DNA of 64,000 bases from an uncultured SAR86 cluster bacterium. Its GTDB lineage: Bacteria > Pseudomonadota > Gammaproteobacteria > Magnimaribacterales > D2472. Where the stretch lies: the NCBI GenBank assembly GCA_902557575.1, contig CACEAR010000001.1, positions 470,674-534,673 on the forward strand. Direction: 5' to 3'. Within the stretch, counting starts at the first letter, position 1; each line of letters starts with the position of its first letter. Shown one piece after another: positions 8,834-19,094 of the stretch. Both the position numbers and the translations under genes were made by a program. The notes under the pieces were generated by a model. It was given only the letters and a program-made list of their open reading frames with translations. It had not been told where the DNA came from and did not search any database.

Positions 8834-9838
8834 TTGAATATGTTTGTTCGGCTGGCTAAGGTAAAAGATTGCCAAGAGATATATGATTTGATTAAAGATG
8901 GTGATTCGGGCATGACAACTCTGCCCAAATCACAAGATGAAGTCCGAGAGAGAATTAGCTGGTCTAAAAAATCTTTAAACAAGAAAACAAAAAGACCCGA
9001 CATAGATTCATATCTTTTTGTCCTAAAAGAAAATAACAGAATAGTTGGTATTTCTGCAATCTACACCTCTGTTTCAAAAAATGGAACTTCAGTTTTTTTT
9101 AAACAAAAAAAGAAGAATATTTCCTCAAAAGTTTTTAAATTTAAGAAAAGTTTAGACGTTATTCAGTTACACACAGTTAAAAATCCATATACTGAATTAG
9201 GTACTCTTTATTTACATCCTGATTTTAGAGGAAAGGGAAGAGGGTCTTTATTGTCATTGGCGCGCTTTAAGTTTATGGCTCTCTGGCCAGAGAGATTTGA
9301 TCAGAAAGTTGTTGCTGAAATAAGAGGTAAAGTAGATAAAGATGATACTTCAATTTTCTGGAAACATTTTAGTAAGTACTTTTTTGATGAAGAAATGTTC
9401 AATAACAACGAAATAAGTTATATAAACAATTCTTTTATTGCTGAGTCTATACCTAAACACCCATTCCTTGTAAGTCCATTAAATAGATCAGCTCAAAGGA
9501 TAATTGGAATTCCAAATGATAATGCGGTACCTGCTTTTAAGATGATGGAATCTCAGAACTTTAAACCTAATGGCTTGGTGGATATTATTGATGCTGGGCC
9601 TTGTCTTGACTGTAAGTTAAATGAAATTAAAACAATTAAAAATAATCAGTCTGTAAAAATAAAATCATTTGGTCTTCCTGAAAAGCAATTCAGCGGCCTT
9701 ATTTCAAATACAGATCTAAAAGGGTTTAGAGTTGTCAGATCAGATTTTTCTTTTGATGGTGAAAAAGTTTCAATTCATAGAAACCTTATTAAGACTCTTA
9801 AATTAGGAACTAATAGCAAGGTTGCAATTAATGTCTGA
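8834..9838 (+). CDS. astA: Arginine N-succinyltransferase (start may be ATG 8840)
   Basis: GMTTLP, YLFVL, TELGTLYLHPDFR, LLSLARF, AEIRG, VDIIDAGPCL; adjacent to astB. Confidence 0.93.
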   Translation: MNMFVRLAKVKDCQEIYDLIKDGDSGMTTLPKSQDEVRERISWSKKSLNKKTKRPDIDSYLFVLKENNRIVGISAIYTSVSKNGTSVFFKQKKKNISSKVFKFKKSLDVIQLHTVKNPYTELGTLYLHPDFRGKGRGSLLSLARFKFMALWPERFDQKVVAEIRGKVDKDDTSIFWKHFSKYFFDEEMFNNNEISYINNSFIAESIPKHPFLVSPLNRSAQRIIGIPNDNAVPAFKMMESQNFKPNGLVDIIDAGPCLDCKLNEIKTIKNNQSVKIKSFGLPEKQFSGLISNTDLKGFRVVRSDFSFDGEKVSIHRNLIKTLKLGTNSKVAINV

Positions 9839-11150
9839 AATAAACTTTGATGGTTTGATTGGTCCCACACATAACTATTCAGGATTATCTGAAGGCAACA
9901 ATGCATCAAAAAAAAATTATTCTTCACCCTCTAATCCCAAGAATGCAGCGTTACAAGGAATTAAAAAAGCAGAAACTTTAATTGCTTGTGGATTGAAACA
10001 GGGATTTTTCCTTCCCCATGAAAGGCCTTTTATACCAGGACTAAAAAAGCTTGGCTTTAAAGGAACTGATGAAGAGATACTTTCATCAGCATTTAATCAT
10101 TCAAAGGTTTTATTGAGTAATTTTTCATCTGCCTCATCAATGTGGGCCGCTAATGCAGCAACTATATCTCCTAGCTCAGACACTCAAGATGATAAGGTTC
10201 ACTTAACGCCAGCAAATCTAAATACTATGTTTCATAGAAGTATTGAAACAGAATTTACATATCAGCAATGCAAAATAATTTTTCCAAAAAAATATTTTGA
10301 AATACATAAACCAGCCTTCACTATTTCAGGTTACGGCGATGAGGGAGCAGCAAATCATTTAAGAATAAGTAAATCTCACAATGAGAAAGGCTTTGAAATA
10401 TTTATATATGGCGATAGTGGTTTTAAAAATGATAAGGCGTCAGTGAAGAGACAAGCACTTGAAGTTTCTAGATCAATTGCCTTTAATCACAAGCTAGATA
10501 TGGAAAACACTTTTTTTCTTCAGCAGAATCATCAAGCTATTGAGGAAGGAAGCTTTCATAATGATATTGTTAGCCTCTCAAATGAGAATGTCTTAATTGC
10601 GCATGAAAAGGCTTTCCAAAATAAAGATGATTTAAATAAAATGCTAAATATACTTGAATCTAAAATTGATAATTTCCAATATATTGAGATTTCTAATTCT
10701 GAAATTCCCTTAAAGGATATTATCAGCTCATATCTTCTTAACTCTCAACTCATTACGAACAGCGACAACGAGATGCAATTAATTCTTCCTGAAGAGGTAA
10801 AACAATATGAAAATTGTATGTCTTGGATAGATAAACTAAAACAAATCTCAGATGTAAAGCTTTTTGATTTTGTTGATATTAGGCAAAGTATGATGAATGG
10901 AGGAGGGCCTGCATGTCTAAGGTTAAAAGTGATTTTAAATGATGAAGAACTTGAAAGCCTTAACCAAAATTTCCTAATGAATAGTGAGAGACTAGAATCT
11001 ATAAAATTATTAATTGAAAGAGAGTATAGAGATGTGCTTTATCCTGATGATCTTAAGGATCCAAATTTACTTGATGAGAGCAGAAGAGTCCTAGATGAGC
11101 TAACACAAATCTTTAGTACTGGCTCAATATATGAATTTCAGAAACTTTAA
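9831..11150 (+). CDS. astB: N-succinylarginine dihydrolase
   Basis: EINFDGLIGPTHNYSGLS, SASSMWAANAAT, GDEGAANH, FHNDIV, SMMNGGGPACLRL; ATG overlaps astA stop. Confidence 0.97.
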   Translation: MSEINFDGLIGPTHNYSGLSEGNNASKKNYSSPSNPKNAALQGIKKAETLIACGLKQGFFLPHERPFIPGLKKLGFKGTDEEILSSAFNHSKVLLSNFSSASSMWAANAATISPSSDTQDDKVHLTPANLNTMFHRSIETEFTYQQCKIIFPKKYFEIHKPAFTISGYGDEGAANHLRISKSHNEKGFEIFIYGDSGFKNDKASVKRQALEVSRSIAFNHKLDMENTFFLQQNHQAIEEGSFHNDIVSLSNENVLIAHEKAFQNKDDLNKMLNILESKIDNFQYIEISNSEIPLKDIISSYLLNSQLITNSDNEMQLILPEEVKQYENCMSWIDKLKQISDVKLFDFVDIRQSMMNGGGPACLRLKVILNDEELESLNQNFLMNSERLESIKLLIEREYRDVLYPDDLKDPNLLDESRRVLDELTQIFSTGSIYEFQKL

Positions 11151-11153
11151 TTC

Positions 11154-13376
11154 CTACCTATCAATTAATGGCGCTTTAAAAATAATTGAATGAATTTCTT
11201 CAGTTATAAACGGAGCAAAAGGATGAATAAAAATAAGTATTTCCTTAAGAAGGGGATGCAGATTGTCAGTTTTTTCAGTTTTTTTGCATTCTTCAATGTA
11301 AACATCACAAAACTTATTCCAGAAAAACTCATATACATGATTAATAGCTAAATCTAACCTGTAATGATTTACATTATCCTCGACATCAGCTTTTAGCTGT
11401 TCAAATTCTTTTAATATCCATTTATCAGATTCAGATTCAGCTTCAAAATTATTCCCTTTGTTTTCATAACCATTAATAAATCTTGCAGCATTCCACATTT
11501 TGGTACAAAAATTTCTAAACCCTTTTAATCTCCCAATTTCAAAACTTATATCCTTAGCATTAGTTGCAATAGAATAAAATGTCATCCGTAAAGCATCTGT
11601 TCCATAAGACTCAATACCATTTGGGAATTGTTTTTTGGTTTTTCTAGCAATCTTTTCTGCTAAACCTTCTTGCATAAGATTTGATGTTCTCTTTTCAAGA
11701 AGATCTTCTAAAGATATACCATATATTAAATCAATAGGATCAATAATATTGCCTTTGGACTTTGACATTTTTTGTCCATTTTCATCTCTTATGAGGCCAG
11801 TAACATAAACATCTTTAAAAGGAATCTTTCCAGTAAATTCGATACTCATCATGATCATTCTTGCAACCCAGAAGAAAATAATGTCAAAACCAGTAACTAA
11901 TAGATTTGTTGGGAAAAAAGTTTTTAGATTTTTTGATTCATTTGGCCATCCCATTGATGCAAAAGGCCAAAGGCTAGAGGAAAACCACGTATCTAAAACA
12001 TCATCATCTTGTCTTAGCGATCTATTATCAAGTGAATAATGAGTTCGCACTTCATCTTCAGAATACCCCACATAAACATTTCCATGATCGTCATACCATG
12101 CAGGAATTCTATGACCCCACCAGATTTGTCTGCTAATACACCAATCTTCAATATTATTCATCCAGTTAAAATAAGTTTTAATCCAGTTTTCGGGATGAAA
12201 TTTAATTTCCCCATTTTCTACAGCTTTATTTGCCCTATTAGCCATGTCCTTTGTTTTTACATACCACTGATAACTCAGTTTGGGCTCTATAACTATATTT
12301 GAACGCTCTCCTCGGGGAACACTGATTTCATGTGGTTCCTCTTTTACAAATAAATCTAGTTTTTTAATTTCTTCAAGAACAAGCTTTCTTACTTTAAATC
12401 TGTCTAAATTTTTGAAGGGAGAAGGGACATTATCATTACTATGCGCCTCATCAGTAAAAATATTAAGTGGTTCAAAATCTTCAATATCATCAGATATATG
12501 AACTTCATTATCTACACAATGAAGGCAGTATTTTTTACCAATTTCATAGTCATTAAAGTCATGCCCAGGAGTAATCTTAAGGCAACCCGTTCCGAACTCT
12601 TTATCCACATAATCATCACCAATTATTGGGATTTTTCTCTTTACAAATGGGAGCTCAACTTTTTTTCCAATGATATCTTTGTATCTTTCATCTTTAGGAT
12701 TAACTGCAATTGCCATATCTCCAAACATAGTTTCCGGACGTGTTGTTGCAACTGTTACAAAATCATCTGAACCTATAATTGGATACTTTATATACCAAAT
12801 TAGACCTTTTTTTTCTTGTCTTACAACCTCCAGATCTGAAACCGCAGTTTTTAAAGATGGATCCCAGTTTACTAACCTGTAACCACGATAGATTTTCTCT
12901 TTCCTGTAAAGCTCAACAAAAGCTTTAAGAACAGCTTCATTAAAACCTTCATCCAAAGTAAATCTGTAATTATCCCAATCAACTGAGTTACCTAACCTTT
13001 TAATTTGTCCAGTAATTTTATTTTCTGAAAATTCTTTCCACTCCCAAACTTTTTTAACAAAATCTTCTCTACCTAAATCATTTTTATCAATATTTTCTCT
13101 GGATAGGTTGTTTTCAACGACCATTTGCGTTGCAATTCCTGCATGATCGGTACCCATCTGCCAATGAGTATTTACATCATTTAAGTGATTGTATCTGGCA
13201 TAGAAATCCATTATCGAATACTGGAAGCTATGCCCCATATGAAGAGTTCCAGTTACATTTGGAGGTGGAATAACCTGCGAAAAAGTTTGTAAGGAGTTAT
13301 TTTTACCTAAATTATTTTTTGCCCAAAGCTCTGACCACTTTTCTTCAATAATAAGTGGCTCATATCTTTTATCCAT
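11154..13376 (-). CDS. valS: Valine--tRNA ligase, C-terminally shortened (740 aa)
   Basis: PPPNVTGTLHMGH, DHAGIATQ, TTRPETMFGD, DWCISRQIWWGH, KMSKS, GTDALR. Confidence 0.97.
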   Translation of the reverse strand: MDKRYEPLIIEEKWSELWAKNNLGKNNSLQTFSQVIPPPNVTGTLHMGHSFQYSIMDFYARYNHLNDVNTHWQMGTDHAGIATQMVVENNLSRENIDKNDLGREDFVKKVWEWKEFSENKITGQIKRLGNSVDWDNYRFTLDEGFNEAVLKAFVELYRKEKIYRGYRLVNWDPSLKTAVSDLEVVRQEKKGLIWYIKYPIIGSDDFVTVATTRPETMFGDMAIAVNPKDERYKDIIGKKVELPFVKRKIPIIGDDYVDKEFGTGCLKITPGHDFNDYEIGKKYCLHCVDNEVHISDDIEDFEPLNIFTDEAHSNDNVPSPFKNLDRFKVRKLVLEEIKKLDLFVKEEPHEISVPRGERSNIVIEPKLSYQWYVKTKDMANRANKAVENGEIKFHPENWIKTYFNWMNNIEDWCISRQIWWGHRIPAWYDDHGNVYVGYSEDEVRTHYSLDNRSLRQDDDVLDTWFSSSLWPFASMGWPNESKNLKTFFPTNLLVTGFDIIFFWVARMIMMSIEFTGKIPFKDVYVTGLIRDENGQKMSKSKGNIIDPIDLIYGISLEDLLEKRTSNLMQEGLAEKIARKTKKQFPNGIESYGTDALRMTFYSIATNAKDISFEIGRLKGFRNFCTKMWNAARFINGYENKGNNFEAESESDKWILKEFEQLKADVEDNVNHYRLDLAINHVYEFFWNKFCDVYIEECKKTEKTDNLHPLLKEILIFIHPFAPFITEEIHSIIFKAPLIDR

Positions 13377-13391
13377 TTAGGTAAAAGTTCT

Positions 13392-14891
13392 TTAGCTTAG
13401 AATCAAATCGCAAAGAAGAGGAACTGGCCTTCCTGTTCCACCTTTTTCATTGCCTTTAACCCATGCAGTTCCAGCAATATCTAAATGAGCCCAGCTATAG
13501 TCTTCTGTAAACTTTGATAAAAAGCATGCCGCTGTAACAGTGCCAGCACCAGCACCACCTATATTTGCTAAATCAGCAAAATTTGTTTTGGTGCAAGATT
13601 TATATTCATCCCAGAGAGGTAATTGCCATGCTCTATCGCCAGAATTTTCTCCAGCTTGCAAGATCTTATCAGCAAGTTTTTGATCATTTGCCATCAAACC
13701 AGATGCATAGTTTCCAAGAGCAACTACACATGCTCCAGTTAATGTGGCTATATCGATTACATGAGCAGGCTTATATTTCTTAACATATGTAAGAGCATCG
13801 CAAAGTACTAATCTTCCTTCTGCATCAGTATTAAGGATTTCAATAGTTTGTCCTGACATTGATGTTACAACATCTCCAGGTTTAGTTGCATGAGCAGAGG
13901 GCATATTCTCAGCACATGCAAGAAGACCCACAACATTAACTTTTGCGTTTAGTCTCGCTAGAGCAATCATTACGCCAAATACCGAGGCTGCTCCGCACAT
14001 ATCCCATTTCATTTCATCCATTGCAGGGGATGGCTTTAACGATATACCTCCAGTATCAAAGGTTATTCCTTTTCCTACCAGGACAATTGGTTTTTCACCA
14101 GCTTTTCCACCTTTATGCTCAATTGTCATCATTCTTGAAGGCTCATCACTTCCTCTTCCAACACTTAAGAAAGAACCCATTTTAAGTTTAGCCAAGTCTT
14201 TTTCATTAAAAGTTGAGATCTTTAATTTTGGAAATGGTTTTTTTAAGGCTTTAACTTTTCTTTCAATTATTCTTGGAGTGCATAAATTTGCAGGCATATC
14301 GCCTAAATGCTTGGCTGCATTCATAGCTTCGCCGACTGCAAAGCCAACCTTAGCCGAGGTTTTAAGCTTTTTCAAAACTGAGGATGTTACAGAACTTGCT
14401 ATGATGGAAGCCTTTTTTAAACTAGGTTTCACAACTGTTTTATTTTTAGAGCTACCAAAAATATATGCAGATGCTTCTATTTGTCTACAACAAACTTCAG
14501 TTAACCAGCTTTCATCTTTCCCATCGGGACATTTGCATGCAAACATAACAGAAATGTCCTGTTTTCCAAGAGAATTAGCTATTTTTGAGATAGATTTAAA
14601 TAGATCTAACCATAGGTAGGTATTAGATTTATCAGGAGTCTTCATAAGCAGAACTTCTTTTGATGAAACACCATCGGGACTCTGAAGATTAAGAGACTTA
14701 GCTTTTGACTTCGCAAAGGAATTTATAGATTTAAATAAACCACCCTTAGTTACTTTATCCATATGAATTAGCAATTTATTCTTTTTAGCAGACTTATCAA
14801 CAAGGACTACCAAAAGAGAGGATTTATCTTTCACAAACTCTTTGCCGCTTAGATTTTTAACTGAAATGCTATTTAATACTCTGTAACTCAT
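13392..14891 (-). CDS. pepA: Leucyl aminopeptidase (M17)
   Basis: LVGKGITFDTGGISLKP, MKWDMCGAA, NTDAEGRLVL, HLDIAGTAW; SD AGGAG. Confidence 0.97.
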   Translation of the reverse strand: MSYRVLNSISVKNLSGKEFVKDKSSLLVVLVDKSAKKNKLLIHMDKVTKGGLFKSINSFAKSKAKSLNLQSPDGVSSKEVLLMKTPDKSNTYLWLDLFKSISKIANSLGKQDISVMFACKCPDGKDESWLTEVCCRQIEASAYIFGSSKNKTVVKPSLKKASIIASSVTSSVLKKLKTSAKVGFAVGEAMNAAKHLGDMPANLCTPRIIERKVKALKKPFPKLKISTFNEKDLAKLKMGSFLSVGRGSDEPSRMMTIEHKGGKAGEKPIVLVGKGITFDTGGISLKPSPAMDEMKWDMCGAASVFGVMIALARLNAKVNVVGLLACAENMPSAHATKPGDVVTSMSGQTIEILNTDAEGRLVLCDALTYVKKYKPAHVIDIATLTGACVVALGNYASGLMANDQKLADKILQAGENSGDRAWQLPLWDEYKSCTKTNFADLANIGGAGAGTVTAACFLSKFTEDYSWAHLDIAGTAWVKGNEKGGTGRPVPLLCDLILS

Positions 14892-14953
14892 GAAATTCTC
14901 CTATTTCAACATTGTTAATATATTTATTGTAATGCATCATACTTATTAAAGGC

Positions 14954-16066
14954 ATGTTTAAAAAGAATATTCTTTATAAAAGCATTAACCTTGAAGTTTT
15001 TAAAAACTTTTTAGGATGCTTAACCATTTTATTTATCCTTGTAGCTAGCTCAAGGTTATTAGGATATTTTGATAAATCAATTGCAGGAAATCTAGAGTCG
15101 GATTTAATTTTATCGATTCTAATTTTAAGGTCACCTGAGTTTATCAATCTGCTTATACCGCTTAGTTTCTTTCTATCAGTATTAATTGCTCTAGGAAGGC
15201 TTTATATGGATCATGAAATTTATGCTTATCAGTCTGCAGGATATTCAAAGATAGCTTTTGTTAAGTCTTTACTCTTTCAAACATTTTCTTTAACAGTAAT
15301 TTCAGTCTTTTTAAGTTTTTGTGTAACTCCAGATTTTGAAAAAAGAGCAGATGAAATACTTAATTACTCTTCCATTGAAAAAAAGTTAAAATTGCTAAAT
15401 GAGGATGAGCTAAGCTACATCTCAGATTCTTCATATCTTTACTTTTCTTCACGAAATGGAAATTATTTTAATCAGAGCATTTTCATTGAAGATGATGCAA
15501 ATGGAATATCAATAATTTCGGCTGAAAGACTTAAATTAATTGAAAAGAATAGAGCAACAGATTTTGAATTCTTAAATGGAAAGATTTTCTTTGATGCTGC
15601 TTCGCCAAATTCTTTAGTAAGCTCCTTCAAAAAGTTGACTACCGATTTTAATGAAAAAGATTCAGAAGAAGAATCTTTTGAAAGAGTATTTAATATTGAT
15701 GAGCTTTCAGATAAGGCTCAGTTTGAGTGGGCTCTTGCAGTTCCAATAATGATAATAAATTTAATGATTTTAGGAGTTTGTCTTACAAATTCTGCTCCAA
15801 GACAAGGCAGAATGATTTCTTTACTACCAGGCCTATTAATTTTCTTTTTATACCTCAGCACATTGATAGTTTTTAGAGATGGAATATCGGAGGATAAGTC
15901 TTTTGCATATTTTGGTATGTGGCCAGTTCACTTTTTAGTTTTGTTGACATCAATCTTTCTTTTTGTGCGCGGTGATGTGGTCTCTAAAATTCTTTTCACA
16001 AAAACTAATATTGCCAAGGCAGTAATGGCATCAATTTTGCTAATTATTTTATTATGGTTAATTTAG
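14954..16066 (+). CDS. lptF: LPS export permease LptF
   Basis: YjgP/YjgQ topology, GRLYMDHEI, PRQGR; divergent from pepA as in the canonical locus. Confidence 0.88.
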   Translation: MFKKNILYKSINLEVFKNFLGCLTILFILVASSRLLGYFDKSIAGNLESDLILSILILRSPEFINLLIPLSFFLSVLIALGRLYMDHEIYAYQSAGYSKIAFVKSLLFQTFSLTVISVFLSFCVTPDFEKRADEILNYSSIEKKLKLLNEDELSYISDSSYLYFSSRNGNYFNQSIFIEDDANGISIISAERLKLIEKNRATDFEFLNGKIFFDAASPNSLVSSFKKLTTDFNEKDSEEESFERVFNIDELSDKAQFEWALAVPIMIINLMILGVCLTNSAPRQGRMISLLPGLLIFFLYLSTLIVFRDGISEDKSFAYFGMWPVHFLVLLTSIFLFVRGDVVSKILFTKTNIAKAVMASILLIILLWLI

Positions 16067-17064
16067 TAGGCATCTTTTCAAGACATATAATAGTAAGGAC
16101 TTTTGTAATTACTTTACTAGTTTTTTTAGGCATTACTTTTCTTGATTTAATTTTCTCAATCATTGGTGATACTGAGGACTTAAATGAGGAATTCACTTTA
16201 AATGATCTTATCTTCACAACCTTATATAGATTGTTTCATGATTCAATGGATTACGTTCAGGGATCTTGTTTATTGGGAGCCTTAATATCACTTGGTATTT
16301 TTAAAAGAGATGGAAATCTTACAATAATTCGTTCAAATGGATTATCTCCTATAAAAATCTCACTAATTTTTGCTCTTGGACCAATTATCTTTTCACTTTT
16401 AATGATTTCGCTAGACAATAAGCTTTTCATTCAAGCAGCTAATCATGCTGAAACTTTTAATAGTCAAATCAGTAGGGATAAGCTAGATATTAAGTTTTCA
16501 TGGATAAAAGATGGAAATAAGATTCTGAGATACTCTCAAAAGAGGGAATCCGAAATATTAAATCCAACATTGATTCTTCTTGATGAAAATGACTCAGTCA
16601 AAGAAATAATTTCTTCTGAAAAAGCAGAGGTTTCAGATGGATTGATCAAAATTGATAAATATGTATTTAGATTCTATCTTCCAAAAGATAAGAATTTCAA
16701 TAGATCAACTGTAAAAAATATTCCAATTGGGAGCTTGAAGACTTATTTAAGAGGATCTGAAGCAAATAAACTTGAAGACAAAGAAAAGAATTTTATTATC
16801 GTAGAAATCCTTAAAAGGATACTTTTACCAATATCAGCGCTTCTTTTAATATTAACTGCATCAATATTATTTTTTAGGGATCAAAGAAATAATTCTTTTG
16901 GATCATATGTTGTTGGAGGATTTCTCGGAGCTTTTGTTTTTAATTTAACTCAAGAGTTTTTTTTCAGCATGAGCCTTACGATTCAATCAAATATAGTTGC
17001 AATTTCGCTAATGCCATATCTATTACTTCTATTAATTTTTTATTTAACTTATAAAAGGATTTAA
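16054..17064 (+). CDS. lptG: LPS export permease LptG
   Basis: YjgP/YjgQ topology, GALISLG...DGNLTIIRSNGLS; follows lptF. Confidence 0.82.
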   Translation: MVNLVGIFSRHIIVRTFVITLLVFLGITFLDLIFSIIGDTEDLNEEFTLNDLIFTTLYRLFHDSMDYVQGSCLLGALISLGIFKRDGNLTIIRSNGLSPIKISLIFALGPIIFSLLMISLDNKLFIQAANHAETFNSQISRDKLDIKFSWIKDGNKILRYSQKRESEILNPTLILLDENDSVKEIISSEKAEVSDGLIKIDKYVFRFYLPKDKNFNRSTVKNIPIGSLKTYLRGSEANKLEDKEKNFIIVEILKRILLPISALLLILTASILFFRDQRNNSFGSYVVGGFLGAFVFNLTQEFFFSMSLTIQSNIVAISLMPYLLLLLIFYLTYKRI

Positions 17065-17486
17065 TCTGAAGTAATTGATGTTTTAGATAATAAGTCACTA
17101 AGCGAGCTATTATTCTTATTTATTCTTCTTAAGAAAAGCGGAATGCCAGCTAATGAAATGGTAAAGATATTTGATAAAAATCTTATGATAGTCTGGATTA
17201 TTGTAATCTGATTACCATCTTGTGAAACTATTCTTAATTTCCATGATGACATCCCTAAAGTTTTGCCTCCATATATCCAGAACATAGCAAAATAGAGCCA
17301 TGTACTTAAAATCACAAGACTCATTCCAGCAATAGGATTAAGCGAGGATACTTCCCCAGTAAAAACAAACTTTACACCTAGAGCAAGTGAGCCAACTAAA
17401 AACCAAACACCTAACATAAGAAGTGAGTCATAGACAGTTGCAGCAACTATCCTTAATAGGGAAACTTTTTTATTTGTTGGTTCCAT
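17061..17486 (-). CDS. RDD family membrane protein
   Basis: RIVAATVYD, GKTLGMSSWKLRIV, LSDLLSKT; convergent with lptG. Confidence 0.88.
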   Translation of the reverse strand: MEPTNKKVSLLRIVAATVYDSLLMLGVWFLVGSLALGVKFVFTGEVSSLNPIAGMSLVILSTWLYFAMFWIYGGKTLGMSSWKLRIVSQDGNQITIIQTIIRFLSNIFTISLAGIPLFLRRINKNNSSLSDLLSKTSITSD

Positions 17487-17526
17487 TTTTGGTATAGTAC
17501 TAAATTATTATCAAAAATAAATTATT

Positions 17527-19002
17527 ATGCATACTTCATCAGATATATTAGGTCATCCAAAAGGTTTATTTGTTTGCTTTGCAACAGAAATGTGGGAAAG
17601 ATTTTCTTACTACGGTATGAGAGCTCTTTTAATTTTGTATCTTACTAAGCACTGGGAGTTTTCCGATGCTGCAAGTTATCTAATTTATGGAGCATATACC
17701 TCATTAGTTTACATAATGCCGGTTTTTGGGGGGATGCTAGCTGACCAAATCTTAGGATCAAAAAAAGCTGTTACCTATGGTGCAATACTTTTGGTTTTTG
17801 GTCATTTAGGAATGACTGTTGAAAGCAATGAACAGATTTTCTATTTATCCCTGGCCTTAATTGTATCTGGTGTAGGGTTTTTAAAACCAAATATTTCAAC
17901 AATGGTTGGAGCTTTATATGAGGAGGGTGATCCAAGAAGAGATTCTGGTTTTACTATCTTTTATATGGGGATCAATATTGGCGCATTTACTGCGACTCTA
18001 CTATGCGGATATCTTGGAGAAGAAATAGGTTGGGCCTGGGGCTTTGGAGCTGCTGGAATAGGAATGTTGTTGGGATTGATTATATTTCTCTGGGGGCAAA
18101 AATATCTTGAAGGATTGGCAGAACCGCCTTCTGAAAAATATAGAGAAAAGAAGGCAGGTATTACCTTTGAGAACTGGGCTTATATTTCTGGGATCATAAT
18201 GGTTTTAACAACATGGTTTCTTGTTCAAAACTCACAACTTGTTGGACAACTTCTTGGAGGATTTGGATTCATATTTATTGGAGCTTGGTTGATATATGCT
18301 TTATTCAAATGTGATCCTGAAGAAAGAGACCGTTTAATAGTAGTTGGTATATTAATATTATTTTCATTAATTTTCTGGGCTCTTTTTGAGCAGGCTGGAT
18401 CTTCACTAAATATACTTACTGACAGAGGTGTAGACAGAGTAATTCTCGGTTGGGAAGTTCCTGCTTCAATGTTCCAATCCTTGAACGCAGGCTTTATTTT
18501 CACAATAGCACCTCTTTTTGCTCTTCTTTGGATAGCACTTGCGAAAAGAAATATGGAGCCCTCCACTCCAATTAAATTTTCAATTGGTATTGTTTTTGTT
18601 GGGCTTGGTTTTTTAGCGCTTGTTTATGGAATGAAATCGTCTGAGGGCTTACAGACAGGAGTAATATGGATAATATTGATTTATTTACTTCATACTTTAG
18701 GTGAGCTATGTCTTTCTCCGGTAGGCTTATCATCAGTGACTAAATTATCACCTCAAAGAATTGTTGGATTTATGATGGGTATGTGGTTTTTTGCATCGGC
18801 AGCTGGAAATTATGTAGCAGGATTAATAGCAAGAGCAACATCATCAGAAAGTTCTGGTGTTTCCGGAGAAGTTTATAATCTAGCTCAAAAGCAGTCATTT
18901 ATAGATGTTTATACAGATGTTGGTTTAATGGCGATTGGATGCGGTATTGTTTTAGCTCTAATTACTCCATTGCTTAAGAAATTAATGCATGGTTCCAGCT
19001 AA
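17527..19002 (+). CDS. Proton-dependent oligopeptide (POT/PTR) transporter
   Basis: GHPKGL, EMWERFSYYGMRA, GFLKPNISTMVG, GFTIFYMGINIGA, GELCLSPVG. Confidence 0.96.
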   Translation: MHTSSDILGHPKGLFVCFATEMWERFSYYGMRALLILYLTKHWEFSDAASYLIYGAYTSLVYIMPVFGGMLADQILGSKKAVTYGAILLVFGHLGMTVESNEQIFYLSLALIVSGVGFLKPNISTMVGALYEEGDPRRDSGFTIFYMGINIGAFTATLLCGYLGEEIGWAWGFGAAGIGMLLGLIIFLWGQKYLEGLAEPPSEKYREKKAGITFENWAYISGIIMVLTTWFLVQNSQLVGQLLGGFGFIFIGAWLIYALFKCDPEERDRLIVVGILILFSLIFWALFEQAGSSLNILTDRGVDRVILGWEVPASMFQSLNAGFIFTIAPLFALLWIALAKRNMEPSTPIKFSIGIVFVGLGFLALVYGMKSSEGLQTGVIWIILIYLLHTLGELCLSPVGLSSVTKLSPQRIVGFMMGMWFFASAAGNYVAGLIARATSSESSGVSGEVYNLAQKQSFIDVYTDVGLMAIGCGIVLALITPLLKKLMHGSS

Positions 19003-19094
19003 TAGAAAAAGAGATCCTGTTAAGAAAAATATGGATAAATTCCATAAACCAAAGACTCATAAAGATAAATCAAAATACAGTAGAAAGGAAAAAT

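Noticed and set aside
18974-19060. 28-codon hydrophobic minus-strand ORF (MSLWFMEF...) after dapE
   Set aside because: No SD, no recognisable homology, overlaps the POT transporter stop; hydrophobicity follows from T-rich composition
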